Shown: positions 62,531 through 64,000 of the stretch, piece by piece
Layout: each line of letters begins with the position of its first letter
How positions within the stretch are numbered: the first letter of the stretch is position 1
Origin: Savitreella phatthalungensis
Taxonomy: Eukaryota
Assembly (NCBI GenBank): GCA_051599415.1
Contig: AP039699.1
Location: 310,001-374,000, forward strand
Length of the DNA: 64,000 nucleotides
Direction: 5' to 3'
Program-made: the position numbers and the translations under genes
Notes under the pieces: model-generated
What the model was told of the DNA's origin: nothing
Database searches by the model: none
The model's input: only the letters and a program-made list of their open reading frames with translations

Positions 62531-64000
62531 ATGTCATCCTGGAACGTCCCAGAGTCACAGCCGATCATTGCGGGCCTCTTGCCTGTAAAGCGCAACATGT
62601 CCATGCACAGACTCAATGAAGCTGGTACATTGATGGCCGCAAAGCAGAGCAAAGTCCACTCGATCGATCCTGAAAACCGCGCCATGCGCCTGCTCAGTAA
62701 CTCGAAGGAGCGAATCCCATGGGCAGACATGCTGATAGAAGACGACAAGATTGATAAGATCCAGAACAAGAAACTGCGGAGGTACTATCGGGATCAGAAT
62801 GACAAGATTCGCAACTTCATGGAGATCGATCGGCTACTTGACTCCTCATTGCCACGTAATGTGATTCGCAGCTATGGCGCGACCACAAACAATTCTGGCA
62901 ATCGCCAGCTCGGACCTGGAGGTCGCAAAGTTGACAGCCAGAACCATGAAAATGGCCATACAAAATCCGGGTCGACCGAGTCTTCATCTGGATCAGGAGC
63001 TGGTTTGCTCGGAGCATCCCATCGGCAAGAGCAGCAGGACGAATCACCAGAGGAAGAGCCAGATGAGCAGGCAAAGCTGCTTGAAGAGCGCGAAGCGAAA
63101 GAACACCGCGCTGTGCAAAACGCCATCAACGTCAACTTTGCTGCCAATGTCGTCCTTTTGGCTGCTAAGATCGCCGTCACCTTGAGCACAAATTCGCTCT
63201 CGATCGTTGCATCCCTCCTCGACAGTGTTCTCGACTTTCTCTCCGGCGTTATCGTCCTCATCTCTAATAGACTGGCGTCGGCAGGCGATCGCTCGAAATA
63301 CCCTGTTGGCAGATCACGGCTTGAGCCCCTTGGCGTTCTGGTCTTTTCGGTCATCATGATTGTCTCATTCCTACAGGTCGCGCTCGAAGGTGTACAGCGG
63401 CTTGCAGCACCGCCGGAGCAACGAGAGCCCGCAGCACCGCTCGGTCCAGCGATTGTGGCCATCATGGCTGCTGTCGTGGTCGTCAAGGGGCTATGCTATA
63501 TCTGGTGTCGTTCGTCAAAGTCCGGGTCCGTGCAGGCACTTGCTCAGGATGCGCTCTCGGACGTCATTTTCAACTTCTTCTCGATCGTCTTCCCGATCAT
63601 TGGATACTTCCTCAACCAATGGTTCCTCGATCCTCTAGGAGCCGTGCTGATCTCGATCTATATCCTCGTCCAATGGGCTCGCACATCGTCAGAGCACATC
63701 CGCAATCTGACCGGTCGCGTTGCAGACGCAAAGGACATCGAGAGCGTCATCTACATGGCCATGCGCTTCTCAGACTTCATCGAGTCTATCACCTCTGTTG
63801 CAGCCTACCACGCCGGAGACAAGATTGTTGTCGAGCTTGACGTCTCACTCGACCAGCAGACCTCTCTTCGGGATTCTCATGATCTCGGAGAGGCACTCCA
63901 GTTCGCCATCGAGCATCTAGAAGGCATCGAGCGTGCCTATGTCCACCTCGACTACGTCAAGACCAAGACTAACCTGCACAAGACGCAGGGTGGATTTGCT
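62531..64000 (+). CDS. Cation diffusion facilitator (Mn-CDF/MTP-like), runs off the window end
   Basis: Frame from ATG 62531 (absent from the ORF track because no stop is reached): YYRDQN, INVNFAANVVLL, ASLLDSVLDFLS, YPVGRSRLEPLG, ALAQDALSD, DPLGA, AYHAG, HDLGEALQ, ERAYVHLDY. Confidence 0.9.
   Translation, partial: MSSWNVPESQPIIAGLLPVKRNMSMHRLNEAGTLMAAKQSKVHSIDPENRAMRLLSNSKERIPWADMLIEDDKIDKIQNKKLRRYYRDQNDKIRNFMEIDRLLDSSLPRNVIRSYGATTNNSGNRQLGPGGRKVDSQNHENGHTKSGSTESSSGSGAGLLGASHRQEQQDESPEEEPDEQAKLLEEREAKEHRAVQNAINVNFAANVVLLAAKIAVTLSTNSLSIVASLLDSVLDFLSGVIVLISNRLASAGDRSKYPVGRSRLEPLGVLVFSVIMIVSFLQVALEGVQRLAAPPEQREPAAPLGPAIVAIMAAVVVVKGLCYIWCRSSKSGSVQALAQDALSDVIFNFFSIVFPIIGYFLNQWFLDPLGAVLISIYILVQWARTSSEHIRNLTGRVADAKDIESVIYMAMRFSDFIESITSVAAYHAGDKIVVELDVSLDQQTSLRDSHDLGEALQFAIEHLEGIERAYVHLDYVKTKTNLHKTQGGFA

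Noticed and set aside
1..64000. tRNA, rRNA, spliceosomal snRNA, riboswitch or CRISPR arrays
   Set aside because: None recognised by eye; GGTTCGAA hits (about 9262 and 55995) lack cloverleaf context. tRNAscan-SE and Rfam searches would be needed to exclude them fully.

Overview
A compact, GC-rich and intron-poor fungal nuclear region. It is probably an early-diverging ascomycete (inference from the short GT..CTRAY..YAG introns, a complex I subunit and a mitochondrial EF-Ts). It holds about 29 housekeeping genes: VPS34 (5'-truncated), HNT2, YSA1-like Nudix, AAT, BMT2, FMT1, NDUFS4, ATP17, SCC2, DCS1, RPC31, MET10, SDS22, a CFA-synthase-like methyltransferase, MMS2, GEA, HER2/GatA, an Rgt1-like Zn2Cys6 factor, MRPL36, ZDS1, MRPL19, MTR3, CHO2, UBA1, GID8, ECM4, TSF1 and a CDF transporter (3'-truncated). 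There are two mobile elements. One is an intact, very young Ty1/copia LTR retrotransposon (24185-29183) with an ATATC TSD and a half-tRNA-type PBS. The other is a decayed pogo/Fot1-type DNA transposon (57052-58970). The main signal missed by the ORF track is that both unusually long GID8 introns contain box C/D snoRNAs: a U79-like guide, and an snR40/U32-like double guide with a second LSU rRNA target. All three LTR differences and the likely origin of the transposase nonsense codon are CpG transitions. rRNA, tRNA and snoRNA comparisons are from memory and need confirming by search.
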